Source of the DNA: Promethearchaeota archaeon
GTDB lineage: Archaea; Asgardarchaeota; Lokiarchaeia; Sigyniarchaeales; SOKP01
Direction: 5' to 3'
Length of the DNA stretch: 64,000 bases
Assembly (NCBI GenBank): GCA_016840085.1
Contig: JAEOTA010000004.1
Coordinates: 64,001 to 128,000, forward strand
In this document: positions 27,332-38,068 of the stretch, piece after piece
Position numbering within the stretch: the stretch's first letter is position 1
Layout: each line of letters begins with the position of its first letter
Notes under the pieces: generated by a model
Told to the model about the DNA's origin: nothing
The model's input: only the letters and a program-made list of their open reading frames with translations
The model's database searches: none
Program-made: the position numbers and the translations under genes

Positions 27332-27949
27332 ATGGCATCAAAATTGAAGAAAATTATCTTAGCTTCGAAATCCGTTGATCGAAGTTGGCTCCTAAAACAA
27401 GCAGGAATTTCTTTTGAAGTAATTGCTACAAATATTGATGAAGAAGAATATAAAATAAATATTTCAGATCCTATTGAATTATCAAAAGAATTAGCTAAAG
27501 CTAAGGCTTTATTTGCTAAAAATTTATTAATAAAAGATGATTTTGATTGTGCTATTATCGCAGCAGACACAATTGTGGAACTTAATGGAGAGATAATTGG
27601 TAAAGCAGAAAATGAGGAGCATGCTTTTGAAATTCTTAAAAAATTAATTGGTAAATCTCATAATCTTATAACAGGAATTGCCATTACCGATACAATTACA
27701 TCTAAGATTATTGTTGATTATGATATTACATCTGTAGAATTTCTTGCACTTTCTGATAAAGAAATTAGGGGATACATAAAAACTAATGAATGGAAAGGAC
27801 GTGCTGGAGCCTATTCAATAAGAGATAAAGCAAGTTTATTTGTAAATAAAATAAATGGTTCTTCTTCGAATGTAATTGGTTTACCAATGCAAAAACTCTA
27901 TAAAATCTTAAAAAAGGAATTTAATGTAAATTTATTTCAAAGGAATTAA
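27332..27949 (+). CDS. maf: Maf family nucleoside triphosphate pyrophosphatase
   Basis: ILASKS..R, AADTIV....IIGK, GRAGAY, NVIGLP. Confidence 0.9.
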   Translation: MASKLKKIILASKSVDRSWLLKQAGISFEVIATNIDEEEYKINISDPIELSKELAKAKALFAKNLLIKDDFDCAIIAADTIVELNGEIIGKAENEEHAFEILKKLIGKSHNLITGIAITDTITSKIIVDYDITSVEFLALSDKEIRGYIKTNEWKGRAGAYSIRDKASLFVNKINGSSSNVIGLPMQKLYKILKKEFNVNLFQRN

Positions 27950-27962
27950 ATATATAATAATT

Positions 27963-28535
27963 ATGAAGAAAATTCATATCTGTGTAGGGTCTTTAAATCC
28001 AACAAAAATTAATGCTACAAAAATAGCATTTGGTAAATATTATGATAATATTCAAATTTATAATGTTAAAGTAGATTCAAAAGTTTCAGATCAACCTATT
28101 GGTCTAAATTTAATTCTCGAAGGGGCAATTAATCGAGCTAAAAGTGCTTTAAATTTTCTTATTAACGAAAAAATGATTAATCAAGGAATTTTTGGGGTGG
28201 GAATTGAAGCTGGATTAGTTAATGTACCTTATTCTAACACAAATTATATGGATTTCCAATTTTGTGCTATTATAGATGAAAAGAAACAACTTTCTCTAGG
28301 TTCTGGAGTAGCATTTGAATACCCTCACTCTGTTATTGATCAAATTTTGAAAAATTCAAATAAAGAAATTGGTGAAATTATGGGAAAACTAGCAGGTAAT
28401 ATGAATTTGAAAAATGAAGCAGGTGCTATTAGTTTTTTAAGTAAAAATACTATAACTAGAACTGAAATTTTAACTCAATCAGTAATATGTGCTCTATTAC
28501 CCTATATGAATAAAGGTTTATATCAATTTTATTAA
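27963..28535 (+). CDS. yjjX: inosine/xanthosine triphosphatase (YjjX family)
   Basis: VGSLNPTKI, SDQP, GAINRA, GVGIEAG, GAISFLS...TR. Confidence 0.85.
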   Translation: MKKIHICVGSLNPTKINATKIAFGKYYDNIQIYNVKVDSKVSDQPIGLNLILEGAINRAKSALNFLINEKMINQGIFGVGIEAGLVNVPYSNTNYMDFQFCAIIDEKKQLSLGSGVAFEYPHSVIDQILKNSNKEIGEIMGKLAGNMNLKNEAGAISFLSKNTITRTEILTQSVICALLPYMNKGLYQFY

Positions 28536-28566
28536 AAAAAGAGGAGGAGGGTTTTTTAATTTACTT

Positions 28567-28728
28567 TTATAATTTTTTTATACTTTTTAAATCTTCATAG
28601 AACCTTAGTATTTTTTCAAATTTGCTAATCAAATTCTCATAATAATCTTCGTCAGCATATCTCATTTTAGATAACTCTCTTGCAACGGCGATTTCGTTTC
28701 TGTATCGTAGTATTTTTTCATCAATCAC
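28567..28728 (-). CDS. small hypothetical helical protein (53 aa), not in ORF track
   Basis: GTG start; VIDEKILRYRNEIAVARELSKMRYADEDYYENLISKFEKILRFYEDLKSIKKL*; amphipathic, coding-like. Confidence 0.55.
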   Translation of the reverse strand: MIDEKILRYRNEIAVARELSKMRYADEDYYENLISKFEKILRFYEDLKSIKKL

Positions 28729-28922
28729 ATAGTTTTTTCAAATAAGTTTTTATTTAAAATACAAAAATATCACAATATTATCACCTGAAAAACTAGCAAT
28801 AAAAGAAGAGAATTTTGATATTTTTTTGTAATCGAAAAGTAATAGTCTTTTTTTTAAAACTTAAATGCTTATATAATGTAAAAACTTTATACAATTTAAA
28901 ACACTAATTAAGAGGATATAAA

Positions 28923-29255
28923 ATGGCTAAAACGCATTACAAAAACGAAGGAATTATGAAATTCCTAACTGTTATTGGAGGTTTAGTAGCATTAGCAAGT
29001 CAATTATTCGCAATTTTTGGAGGTCCATGGCCCATTCCTCAATGGGTTGGATTATATAGCATAATATATGCAATTATTGGAATTTTTATTTCAATTATAA
29101 CAATTTATACAGCAATTAAGCCCGATAATCCTTTTCCGTTTCATTGGTTATTCTTATTTGTATTAGGTATATTACTTATAATCTTTGCTGGAGGAATAAT
29201 AGCCTGCGTTCTACTAATTATTGCTGCATTAATTGGATTGATTGAATCCTTATAG
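28923..29255 (+). CDS. small membrane protein (4 TM)
   Basis: GAGG SD-like motif upstream; hydrophobic segments. Confidence 0.7.
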   Translation: MAKTHYKNEGIMKFLTVIGGLVALASQLFAIFGGPWPIPQWVGLYSIIYAIIGIFISIITIYTAIKPDNPFPFHWLFLFVLGILLIIFAGGIIACVLLIIAALIGLIESL

Positions 29256-29326
29256 AGAAAGAAAAACCAATCTTTTCAAAATTTAAATTATTATTTTTTA
29301 TCTTTTTTCAATTATAAATTTCAAGT

Positions 29327-30193
29327 CTAAGAGTTTTCCAAGAAATAATTAACAATTTCTTCTGCTAAATTGATATCTGTGACTTTTTGTAATGCTGTGA
29401 ATCCTGGAATAGAATTCACTTCTAAAACAAGATACCCTTTTTCACTTTCTAATATATCAACTCCAGCTATTTCAGTTTTAGTAACTTCTGCTGCTTTTAT
29501 TGCTAATTTTTCCAATTCATTATTTATTTCAATTGGTTCTGCTCTAGCACCCATATAAATATTTGTTTTCCAACTATCACCAACCCTATACATACCAGCA
29601 ACAACTTTATTACCTAAAACGAATATTCTAATATCTCGATTCTGATGTTTAATGAATTCTTGTAGATAAAACACTTCATTAAGTCGACCAAGAGAATATA
29701 TGACGTTTTCAGCAAAACCTTTATTGTTTAATCTAGTTATACCTATACCCTTTGATCCAAAGAGTGGTTTTAAAACACAATCTTCTCCCAATTCTTCAAA
29801 AGATTCTAAAGCAGTGTGAGGATCTTCACAAATTATTGTTTTAGGTGTAGGGATGTTATGCTTTTCCAAAAAAATAGAAGTTAGAAATTTATCACTCGCA
29901 ATTTCTAAAGACTCTCTTGAATTTATTAATTTAACATTATATTCTTCTATTGCTCTTAAAATATCTAACCTAAAAAATACTTTTTGGGTGATCCCTGCAC
30001 CAAAACCTCTCACAAGAGCCGCTTTAGGCTCAAGATTAGTAAATTTGTCTTTAAATTTTTCTTTAAAAGAAATAGATAGTTTCACTGTAGAGGGAATGAA
30101 ATATTGGATGTTATACCCTTTCTTTTCAAATTCCTTAGTTAATAATTGAACTTCAGGATCAGAAGGATTTGGAGTAATTATCATAGATTCCAT
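29327..30193 (-). CDS. RimK family ATP-grasp alpha-L-glutamate ligase (MptN/CofF-like)
   Basis: DKFLT, VLKPLFGSKGIG, YLQEFI, DIRIFV, WKTN, GVDI, EVNSIPG. Confidence 0.85.
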   Translation of the reverse strand: MESMIITPNPSDPEVQLLTKEFEKKGYNIQYFIPSTVKLSISFKEKFKDKFTNLEPKAALVRGFGAGITQKVFFRLDILRAIEEYNVKLINSRESLEIASDKFLTSIFLEKHNIPTPKTIICEDPHTALESFEELGEDCVLKPLFGSKGIGITRLNNKGFAENVIYSLGRLNEVFYLQEFIKHQNRDIRIFVLGNKVVAGMYRVGDSWKTNIYMGARAEPIEINNELEKLAIKAAEVTKTEIAGVDILESEKGYLVLEVNSIPGFTALQKVTDINLAEEIVNYFLENS

Positions 30194-30276
30194 TTTAGTT
30201 CTCCTTAAAAGTAAATTAGTTTATTAATCTATAGCACACTAATTTTTAAATAAATTTATTTTCTTATAAAACATAT

Positions 30277-30897
30277 ATGAAATCAATGGATCGTGAAGAT
30301 AAAGACCGAGAAATAGAGAAATTATCTAAAATATTAAGCAAAATTCAAAATCTTTATTATAAAAAGAAAGAACAATTAGAAGAATTACAAATAGAGATAG
30401 ATGAATTAAAGGAAGTGCTAAATTTCTTAAATTCTCTCATTTCAACCAAATCTTTCTTTAGTGCCGATGAAATTTATCAACAAACTCTAAAAGAAGAAAA
30501 GAAACCTATCGATGAAAAATATTTTATTGAAGAAATTCCAAAAGAAAAAGTTAAAGGAACAAATATTAAGAGAAAAATTTTTACTAAAGATAAAGATAAA
30601 GAACCAGATCTATTATGTGTGTTAAATTTTTATGATCTTAATTCAGTAGAAATTAAATTAATTAATCCTGAGAAACGGTCAATAAAAGAAACCTCTGAGG
30701 ATTTTATACGAATTTTCTTGAAGGGGGCTCTTATAAAAATTAAGGAATCTAATTCTACTATGAATTTGGAATATCATCATTTTAAAAACACAGATCTAAT
30801 CGAAATCATAAAAATTTCCAATTTAAATTCAATTTCTGAGTATGATTTAATAACTTCAAAGATAAGCGAATTGTTAGCAAAAGAAGTTATTAATTAA
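30277..30897 (+). CDS. hypothetical protein with N-terminal coiled coil
   Basis: Heptad-rich N-terminus; no recognised motif. Confidence 0.6.
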   Translation: MKSMDREDKDREIEKLSKILSKIQNLYYKKKEQLEELQIEIDELKEVLNFLNSLISTKSFFSADEIYQQTLKEEKKPIDEKYFIEEIPKEKVKGTNIKRKIFTKDKDKEPDLLCVLNFYDLNSVEIKLINPEKRSIKETSEDFIRIFLKGALIKIKESNSTMNLEYHHFKNTDLIEIIKISNLNSISEYDLITSKISELLAKEVIN

Positions 30898-31053
30898 CAA
30901 AATTGTGGTGTTGATATAGTTTAATTTAGACTTATTCTAATCATTTGCAAAATATTATATTAGCATAATATTATGTTTTATTAAAATAGGAAAAATTAAT
31001 TATTCGAGAATTCTTATTTATTTTATCAAAATCAATATATTGAGTGTGTAATT

Positions 31054-31866
31054 TTGGCGAAGAAGAAATCATGGCTGCAAATGCCAAAGGTTCACTCCAA
31101 ATTTCATGACCCGAAGTTAGAGAGTGTATTAATTAATAAATCTCTAGAATTTTTGACTGGTGATAAAGGTGAACCCCCTTCATTTTTATTCCTTTCAGGT
31201 GCATTTTTTGATGTCAAATCATTTGCATATTCAGGACTAAGAGCTTGGAAGGGCACTGTAAAACCCTCAGAGGATAATGGGGGGAGAAGACCAGTTCTAG
31301 AAGCCACATTCGCTTCTTTATCAGTATATTTAAGTTCTCTATTAGGATTTCAATCAGATTTTTATTTTGCTTATGATGAGATAAAAGATATCTTATTAGA
31401 GAAGAAAAGGGAAGATCTTTGGACAATCGTCTCAGAAAAATTACCCTTTATTTCTATACCACCAAAAGAAATGTATGGTACTCAAGTCTCTCCAATTTCT
31501 CCTTATTTTATAATTAAACAGGATGAAGATTTAACATTAGGAGAAATTTACCCCTCAGCTTATTTAACTCAAATCATAAAAAATATTAAAACAAGATTCT
31601 TTGTATTTTATCAATTTCAAGGATATTCAGCTTTTGGATTTTTTAATGCATTGCCTGAACTATCTAAATTTGGATTCGAGGAACATGCCAGAGATTTTAT
31701 TGAAGATCCAACCTCAGAAAATTTAATAAAATATTCAAAGAATGCTAAAAATCTTAAAGAAATATTAGTAGCACTTATCAATGCGTATAATAACGCGTTT
31801 CTCGAACAATTCATAATACCAGACTACGAATTGCTCTTAAATAAATTATTAGAGGGAGAAGCATAA
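31054..31866 (+). CDS. hypothetical protein translationally coupled to the downstream GTPase
   Basis: Stop TAA overlaps the ATG of the next gene at 31866. Confidence 0.65.
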   Translation: MAKKKSWLQMPKVHSKFHDPKLESVLINKSLEFLTGDKGEPPSFLFLSGAFFDVKSFAYSGLRAWKGTVKPSEDNGGRRPVLEATFASLSVYLSSLLGFQSDFYFAYDEIKDILLEKKREDLWTIVSEKLPFISIPPKEMYGTQVSPISPYFIIKQDEDLTLGEIYPSAYLTQIIKNIKTRFFVFYQFQGYSAFGFFNALPELSKFGFEEHARDFIEDPTSENLIKYSKNAKNLKEILVALINAYNNAFLEQFIIPDYELLLNKLLEGEA

Positions 31867-32501
31867 TGGTGAATATTGGATTGTTGGGTGATGTTAGTGT
31901 TGGAAAGACAAGTATTCTTCGTCTTTTCGTTCGTTATTTAAAAAAAGGTGATATTGAAAAAGTAGAAGGAGGAGTAAAATGTTCTGTAGTTAAAGCAGAT
32001 TTTTCTGGAGAAGCAACTGTTCCCGGAGGAAATAAGGAAAGTGCTCTGGACGAAAAAGAAACAAAAACCATCCATCCTAACCGAATTGTGTTTAGAGAAG
32101 ATGCTAGCAATAAAGCACATACAATATTCGCACCTGGTGGCGATAGACGTCGTGCAGTTGTCAAAATGGGCATCATTACAATATCTCGTATAGCAACTCA
32201 AATAATAGCTGTGTTTTCATGTGATCGGGATTTAGTTCCTCAATTTGAATTCTTTAATGATGTAAGATTCTTCCCTGATCATATATATGTGTGCCTTAAT
32301 AAAGTAGATCTGGTTGAAGGAGATAAAGAAAAGATAATTGAGGAGGTTACAAATAAAATAAAAGAATTTTTTGAAAAACGAAAAATTGAGATCAATGAGG
32401 TTTTTGTAACCTGTGGTGAAAAAGTTGAAAATTTTGATGAAGTTGAGAAATACAACAATCGTGTTCCAGAAATGATTTTAGAAATCACTACAAAACAGTA
32501 A
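31866..32501 (+). CDS. small Ras-superfamily / MglA-like GTPase with atypical G3
   Basis: G1 GDVSVGKT, G2 region ETKT, G3 region FAPGG, G4 NKVD, G5 TCG. Confidence 0.8.
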   Translation: MVNIGLLGDVSVGKTSILRLFVRYLKKGDIEKVEGGVKCSVVKADFSGEATVPGGNKESALDEKETKTIHPNRIVFREDASNKAHTIFAPGGDRRRAVVKMGIITISRIATQIIAVFSCDRDLVPQFEFFNDVRFFPDHIYVCLNKVDLVEGDKEKIIEEVTNKIKEFFEKRKIEINEVFVTCGEKVENFDEVEKYNNRVPEMILEITTKQ

Positions 32502-32589
32502 TATTTTTCTATTTTTTATGTTTTCACTAAATTCATATCTACAATTAGAAAAAAAATAGAAATTTTTTCTCTAACTTGAAGATAAATTA

Positions 32590-33303
32590 TTAGTGAAGGT
32601 TTGCTTTTTTGATATTTTGGTATAAAAGTATAAAAAATAGAACGATGCTTGTTATTCCTAATATTATAAATGGTATAGATAATCCAAATACTATTCTAAA
32701 AATGAATATTTCTGGATTGGATATAATTAATCTATCTAGAAGAACACTTAATCCTATATATAAACAAAATATAGATGTCATAATCAATATACTTTTTATT
32801 GGTTGAGAGTAAACCCTCCGGATCTTAAATAGTGTATAAATTAATACTGGAAATAAAATTAGAAAGAAGATAGAATAAATAACCATTTCGTTAATTTGAA
32901 GTATTTGAGCAATCCAATATTCATCACCACCTTTATATATATTTAACATATTTGGAATATACTCAATTATTTTCATCATAGAATTTATAAATGAGAAGGA
33001 AATTCCAAATATTTTATACTTCTCAGTTTTTTCAACTAAAAAAATTCCAAAATAAGCTAGAATTATAGTGATTAGAGGTCCTATGAATTCAATAATTAAA
33101 ATACTAGTATTATTTAATGGTGTAATAACTTCCCAAGAAAGATAATACATAGTGAATTCTCCTCCTTGAATTATGGTGGCAAAATAATGTCCTAATTCAT
33201 GCAGAAAAAGAGACAAAACTAAGCAGGAAATAAAAATACATATAAAGAATTTAGTTATTAAAGTCTCGACTTTTTCAGTAGGATTGAAATCTTTAGAATT
33301 CAT
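32590..33303 (-). CDS. membrane protein with HExxH, M50-like metalloprotease
   Basis: LHELGH in TM1, GP motif, GGD downstream. Confidence 0.6.
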   Translation of the reverse strand: MNSKDFNPTEKVETLITKFFICIFISCLVLSLFLHELGHYFATIIQGGEFTMYYLSWEVITPLNNTSILIIEFIGPLITIILAYFGIFLVEKTEKYKIFGISFSFINSMMKIIEYIPNMLNIYKGGDEYWIAQILQINEMVIYSIFFLILFPVLIYTLFKIRRVYSQPIKSILIMTSIFCLYIGLSVLLDRLIISNPEIFIFRIVFGLSIPFIILGITSIVLFFILLYQNIKKANLH

Positions 33304-33384
33304 TTTTGTTGTTTTTAGTATATATTAGAATATAGGGATTCTCTATTAAATGAATTCTTTTTTCAGATCCTTCAGTTATTAGAT

Positions 33385-33900
33385 CTATTTTTTTAATTTT
33401 AACGCTAATTTTATAAATAATTTTTCAAGATCAAGTTGATATCCTATAAGAGGGGATAATCTAACTTCTCCCAAATTTTTATTTAATTCTAAATATCCCA
33501 TTTTTCTTAATTCATTTAAATCCTCAATAATACCTTTTTTTTTTCTTAATTCTTGAATCTCATGAATTTTACCAACCCCTAAATTCTTCAAACAACAAAC
33601 TAAGGTACAAAATAAGGTTGCAGCTAATCTTGGTTTTCCTTCAAATGGATTTGCTGATATAAAATCCGAAACATCTGAATCAAAGCTAGTAAACCAACGA
33701 GAATTCAACGGATTAAATCGAATTTGAAGCCCTAATGGTTCAATGTAATTTGATAAATTAGTAATTAGATCTTGGAAATGAATTGATTTATTTTTATCTT
33801 TGATATTTAACGTATTTAAAATTTCTTCTTTTGTTGCTCCCATTTCAAATAAATTTAATTTATTACTTAATAATTGCATTAAAATTGTGATTTCATTCAT
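33385..33900 (-). CDS. kite-like tandem winged-helix protein (ScpB/MksE/Nse1-3-like)
   Basis: Two wH-like repeats (LSNYIEPLGLQI; L.EL.KMGYL...V.LSP); last gene of the SMC operon. Confidence 0.55.
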   Translation of the reverse strand: MNEITILMQLLSNKLNLFEMGATKEEILNTLNIKDKNKSIHFQDLITNLSNYIEPLGLQIRFNPLNSRWFTSFDSDVSDFISANPFEGKPRLAATLFCTLVCCLKNLGVGKIHEIQELRKKKGIIEDLNELRKMGYLELNKNLGEVRLSPLIGYQLDLEKLFIKLALKLKK

Positions 33901-33917
33901 TATTATTTATCAACTCT

Positions 33918-34568
33918 TCACAAGTATAAAAAATTACTTTCTTTCTGATATTTTATTTTTCCTAATTGGAGTAAATGTAAAATATAAACAAATTCTTCAT
34001 AAATTATTATTTGATCATGTTCATCTTCAAAGATGTCATCAAAAGAGCAAGGAAGTTTATACTTGATAGCATTGAAAAAGTCCATCATTTTTTCAGTATA
34101 TTTATGTGTTGGGACTTCTAGTAAAAAGTCTTCTTTTACTTTCAGTCTTTCTATTGCTTCAATACTAAATGAGTGTCTTTTAGCAGAACTTAGTTTATTT
34201 TTAGAACATTCAAGGAAATTGATAGAAAGAGGATTAATATTAAATGGTTGTCTCCAACAATCTTTAAACAAATCATTAATTTCTTTATCTTTTGGTTTTG
34301 ATTTTAAAAATTCTAAGAAGACATTCTCATTATCTAAGTAATTCATTAAAATTTTAAATTCTTCAAATTTTTGCTTTAGAAGTGTAAAAGCACTTTGGTA
34401 TGTTTTCGAATACTTTTCAATATTATATACATTTATTGAGTCCTTTAGATTTTCAAAAATAGGAACCAGTTCTATATCTAATAAAGAAAGATCTCCAGAA
34501 AGAACCTTAGTTCTGATATCCTCAATTCTTTTATTTAGTTCCTTAGAAAAATCTTTTTTCTCAATCAT
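33918..34568 (-). CDS. kleisin (ScpA-like) subunit
   Basis: N-terminal DLSLLDIELVPI and C-terminal wH SFDDIF...EEFVYILHLLQLGKI typical of ScpA; follows the SMC gene. Confidence 0.65.
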   Translation of the reverse strand: MIEKKDFSKELNKRIEDIRTKVLSGDLSLLDIELVPIFENLKDSINVYNIEKYSKTYQSAFTLLKQKFEEFKILMNYLDNENVFLEFLKSKPKDKEINDLFKDCWRQPFNINPLSINFLECSKNKLSSAKRHSFSIEAIERLKVKEDFLLEVPTHKYTEKMMDFFNAIKYKLPCSFDDIFEDEHDQIIIYEEFVYILHLLQLGKIKYQKESNFLYL

Positions 34569-34578
34569 TTCAATTTTC

Positions 34579-37500
34579 TTATTTCTTTTTTATAATTTTC
34601 GGCTTAAAAACTGAAGAAACTTCATTTTTCCCAACCCTAGCGATTCCGATTACTTTTTCAGCAAGAAGAAATAATGAGGTGGAAGATTTCGGTAAAAACA
34701 TGAATAATTGTATTGGGTTTTGTTCCAATGTTGCTTTTATTAATTGATACGCCACTTCAGAATTTTTTTCATCTAAAAACATCCCCGCTTCATCAAACAT
34801 ACAAAGTGGAGATGGTTTAATCTCTTGAAGAGATAAGATTAAGCAAATTGAAATTAAAGAAACTTGCCCTCCGCTTAATGCAGTAAAAGATTTTAGCTGC
34901 TCTTTTGAGGTAGCCGCTCTTATATTAACACCCAAGTCTTCAAAATTTCCTGAAAGTTCAAGAGAACAATAGGAATTAATCTGAGAATCCTCAAACTTTT
35001 GATTTACCTTAGTCTGGAGACTTTCAAGAACTACACTAAATTTATCATTATAAGTATTTTCTAATTTATTTTCTGCTTTAATAGCTGCTTTAATATCTTT
35101 TTCTAAATCTTTTTGATTTTTTGAGATTTCTTTTAATGAAGCTATAATTTGATCTCTTTCAACTACAATTGAATCATCAACATCGAAATAATTAAGTAAT
35201 TTTTTATCGATTTGTAAGATATCTTTCTCAATTTCCTTGATTGAGCGAAGTTTTATAATTTGCTCAGAAATTAAAGGACCAATTTCAGAATTAATTCTTT
35301 TTAAATCATTCTTTTTAGATTCAAGATCTTGATTATACGAATTTAACTTAACATTCTCTTGTTCTAATTTTAATATAGTTTGCATGTTATTTTTCTCGAT
35401 TTCGCTTTTTTCTTTTTGGAGTTGCATCCTTGTGGCTCTTAATTCTGAAATGGTTTGTTCTATTATATTAATTTCTTCTTCAATATCTTCTAATTGCCTG
35501 TAGGTATTAAAAGCAGATTTATCTGCTTTCCTGAAATCTTCTTTTTTCTTTTCATATTCCGATTTTAATATATTACATTTATTCTTATGCTCGGTTAATT
35601 TATCTTGTACTTCTTTTAAAATATCTAAGTTTTCTTTAAGTTTTAGATCCCACTTTTTCTTTTCTTCATTTAAAAAAGATAATTCATTAGGTATTTCTTT
35701 AACTCTATCATTCCATTTAAAAAATTTAGGATCAGTTTGGGATTGTAAATTTTTAATATTAAAATCTAATTCTTGAATCTCTTTTTTTAAGGATGATTTA
35801 TCTTTTTCAAAATTATGCATTTTTTCATATAATTGATTCTTTTTTGTTGTTATTCTCTGTTTTTGATTGAAATTATATAAAAGGTCGTTGAATGCTTCTT
35901 TTTTTTTAAAAATTTCCTTTTGGTTATTGTCTAAGCTTGATTGTTTAACTTTTAATTCTGAGATCTCATCATTTAAACTCTTAACCTCTGATTCTAAAAT
36001 GCTTGACTGTTCTTTTTGGGTTGCTGCACTTAATAATCCTTTCAATCTCTTAATATAAGGTGTTTCATAGACATACTTATAAGACACTATTTGTTCACCT
36101 TTTAAAGTAACACATTTCCCTCGGAAATTAAGCGAATTATAAAGATTTGTTCCAGAACGATAATCTCTTACAACAATACAATTTTTAACTTTAGAGTAAA
36201 TAACTTTTTTAATATCTACATCATTATTTAAAATTTTTATTAATTCTGCTATGTACCCCACAACCCCCTCCGCAGAAATTTTCATTAAGGGTTGAATATT
36301 TATATTCTTTGGTAGATAGATGTTACAATATGCGCCATATTTCTCTTTTAATCTCTTTAATAAACTTAAAGTATCCCAATCCTTAGCAATGAAACTATAA
36401 AGTAATTTTTCACCTAAAACTGATTCTATAGCATAACTTAACTCATCATCATATTTAAGATAATCAATAATAGGACCTTTAACTCTTAACTCTCTTTTTT
36501 TTATCTCTTCCTTTAAAATAGAAATGGTTGATGGAAGAATAACTCGACGTTCTCTAAGCGAAACTTGTAAAATTTTTAATTTGTTTAGTCTTTTAGATTT
36601 TTCAATTTCTAATTTCTTTATTTCAGAATCAATTTCATAGATTTTTAATGAAGCTTCTCTTAATTGTTTATCAAGTTGTTCTAAAAGGTTTTTAGTAGGA
36701 TTTTCCAAAAACCATTTATTTTTTTCTAATTTATGCTCTATATCCTTAAAACTCTGAAATAACTGATTGATTTCATCATTTATCGTTTTAATTGACTTTT
36801 CATTTTCTTTAACTTTACTGATTTTTTGAGTTTTTTCGGAAATCACTTGATTATATTCATCTAAAAAGAGGTTATTTTGTTTGATTTTCTTTACTAGTTG
36901 ATTTTGCTCTTTTAGTAAATCATCGATTTGAATTTCAAGGTGTTTGATTTCATTCATTATTATTTTAATTTCATTATCTAAGCTCTCTTTCTGCTTTTCA
37001 AAGTTGATTACTAATTTTTCTATTTTATTGATATTTTGAGAATATGCATCTAATTCTTGTTTTACTAATATTTTCTCTTTTTGCCATTTCTTTATTTTTG
37101 CTATTAGGTCTTTTTGTTTATATTTTAGTTCACCAAATTTTTCTGAAAGTTTATTAATGTTTTGTTCCTCAGCATTAATTTCATTTACTAACTCTACTAT
37201 TTTTTTATCATGCTTTCCTTTTTTCTTTTTAATCTCTTCAATAACAAGCGTGAGATTTTTAACTATTTCTTCAATTCTGATAATTTCTTTTTGCAATTTA
37301 TCTCTATTTGCCCATAAAAGTTCATCATGAAACCTGTTTCTAATTACCAATAATTCATTTTTCTTCTTTAGTCGTTCTAATTTAGGTGTCAGAAATTCTA
37401 AACTAATATTTAATGTATTTTTCTTACTCATTAATGATTTAAGGTCATTATTCAAATTACTAACATTTGATTTTTGTTGTAATATCTCATTTCTCAAGTT

Positions 37501-38055
37501 CTTCAGCCCAATTCCTTCTTCAAGGAAAGCACATAACTCTGTTGGCTTTAAATTTTTAATAGCATCAATTTTTCCTTGACTTACAAAAGCAAATTGATTA
37601 TCAGGATTAATATTTAAAGTTCTAATCAATTTTTGAATTTCATATACTTGGATTTTTTTAAATTCTTTATCTTCCTTTAGTTGTATTTTAAAATATGGAG
37701 ATTGCCCTCTGATAACATATCTCCTTATTTTTATTATTTCTTCTTCATGTTGTATATGAATTTCAACCATAGCATGATTTTGACCATTCCTAATGAAATC
37801 TGACCATTTAGTATACCTTTCATCTCTTTCATTGCTTCCTAAAGCAAATTTAATCGCTTGAAAGATCGATGTTTTTCCACTCCAATTAGGACCAACAATT
37901 ATTACAAATTTGGCATCTCCAAAATCCACTTCATCTTTTTGAAAGGATAGAAAATTTTCTAAAATGACTTTGTCGATGAAAATCTTCCGATTTTCTGTAA
38001 AATTCAATTCTTTTTTTCTTGGATTATATCTTGATTGAGAAGCCAAAATTTCCAC
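34579..38055 (-). CDS. SMC-family ATPase of the Smc5/6 / coalescin-like group
   Basis: Walker A GPNWSGKT, LNINPDNQFAFVSQGK Q-loop, hinge KGPII..L...AIESVLG, LSGGQ signature, DEAGMFLD, QLFMFLPK; long coiled coils. Confidence 0.88.
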   Translation of the reverse strand: MEILASQSRYNPRKKELNFTENRKIFIDKVILENFLSFQKDEVDFGDAKFVIIVGPNWSGKTSIFQAIKFALGSNERDERYTKWSDFIRNGQNHAMVEIHIQHEEEIIKIRRYVIRGQSPYFKIQLKEDKEFKKIQVYEIQKLIRTLNINPDNQFAFVSQGKIDAIKNLKPTELCAFLEEGIGLKNLRNEILQQKSNVSNLNNDLKSLMSKKNTLNISLEFLTPKLERLKKKNELLVIRNRFHDELLWANRDKLQKEIIRIEEIVKNLTLVIEEIKKKKGKHDKKIVELVNEINAEEQNINKLSEKFGELKYKQKDLIAKIKKWQKEKILVKQELDAYSQNINKIEKLVINFEKQKESLDNEIKIIMNEIKHLEIQIDDLLKEQNQLVKKIKQNNLFLDEYNQVISEKTQKISKVKENEKSIKTINDEINQLFQSFKDIEHKLEKNKWFLENPTKNLLEQLDKQLREASLKIYEIDSEIKKLEIEKSKRLNKLKILQVSLRERRVILPSTISILKEEIKKRELRVKGPIIDYLKYDDELSYAIESVLGEKLLYSFIAKDWDTLSLLKRLKEKYGAYCNIYLPKNINIQPLMKISAEGVVGYIAELIKILNNDVDIKKVIYSKVKNCIVVRDYRSGTNLYNSLNFRGKCVTLKGEQIVSYKYVYETPYIKRLKGLLSAATQKEQSSILESEVKSLNDEISELKVKQSSLDNNQKEIFKKKEAFNDLLYNFNQKQRITTKKNQLYEKMHNFEKDKSSLKKEIQELDFNIKNLQSQTDPKFFKWNDRVKEIPNELSFLNEEKKKWDLKLKENLDILKEVQDKLTEHKNKCNILKSEYEKKKEDFRKADKSAFNTYRQLEDIEEEINIIEQTISELRATRMQLQKEKSEIEKNNMQTILKLEQENVKLNSYNQDLESKKNDLKRINSEIGPLISEQIIKLRSIKEIEKDILQIDKKLLNYFDVDDSIVVERDQIIASLKEISKNQKDLEKDIKAAIKAENKLENTYNDKFSVVLESLQTKVNQKFEDSQINSYCSLELSGNFEDLGVNIRAATSKEQLKSFTALSGGQVSLISICLILSLQEIKPSPLCMFDEAGMFLDEKNSEVAYQLIKATLEQNPIQLFMFLPKSSTSLFLLAEKVIGIARVGKNEVSSVFKPKIIKKK

Positions 38056-38068
38056 ATCTTGTTATATT

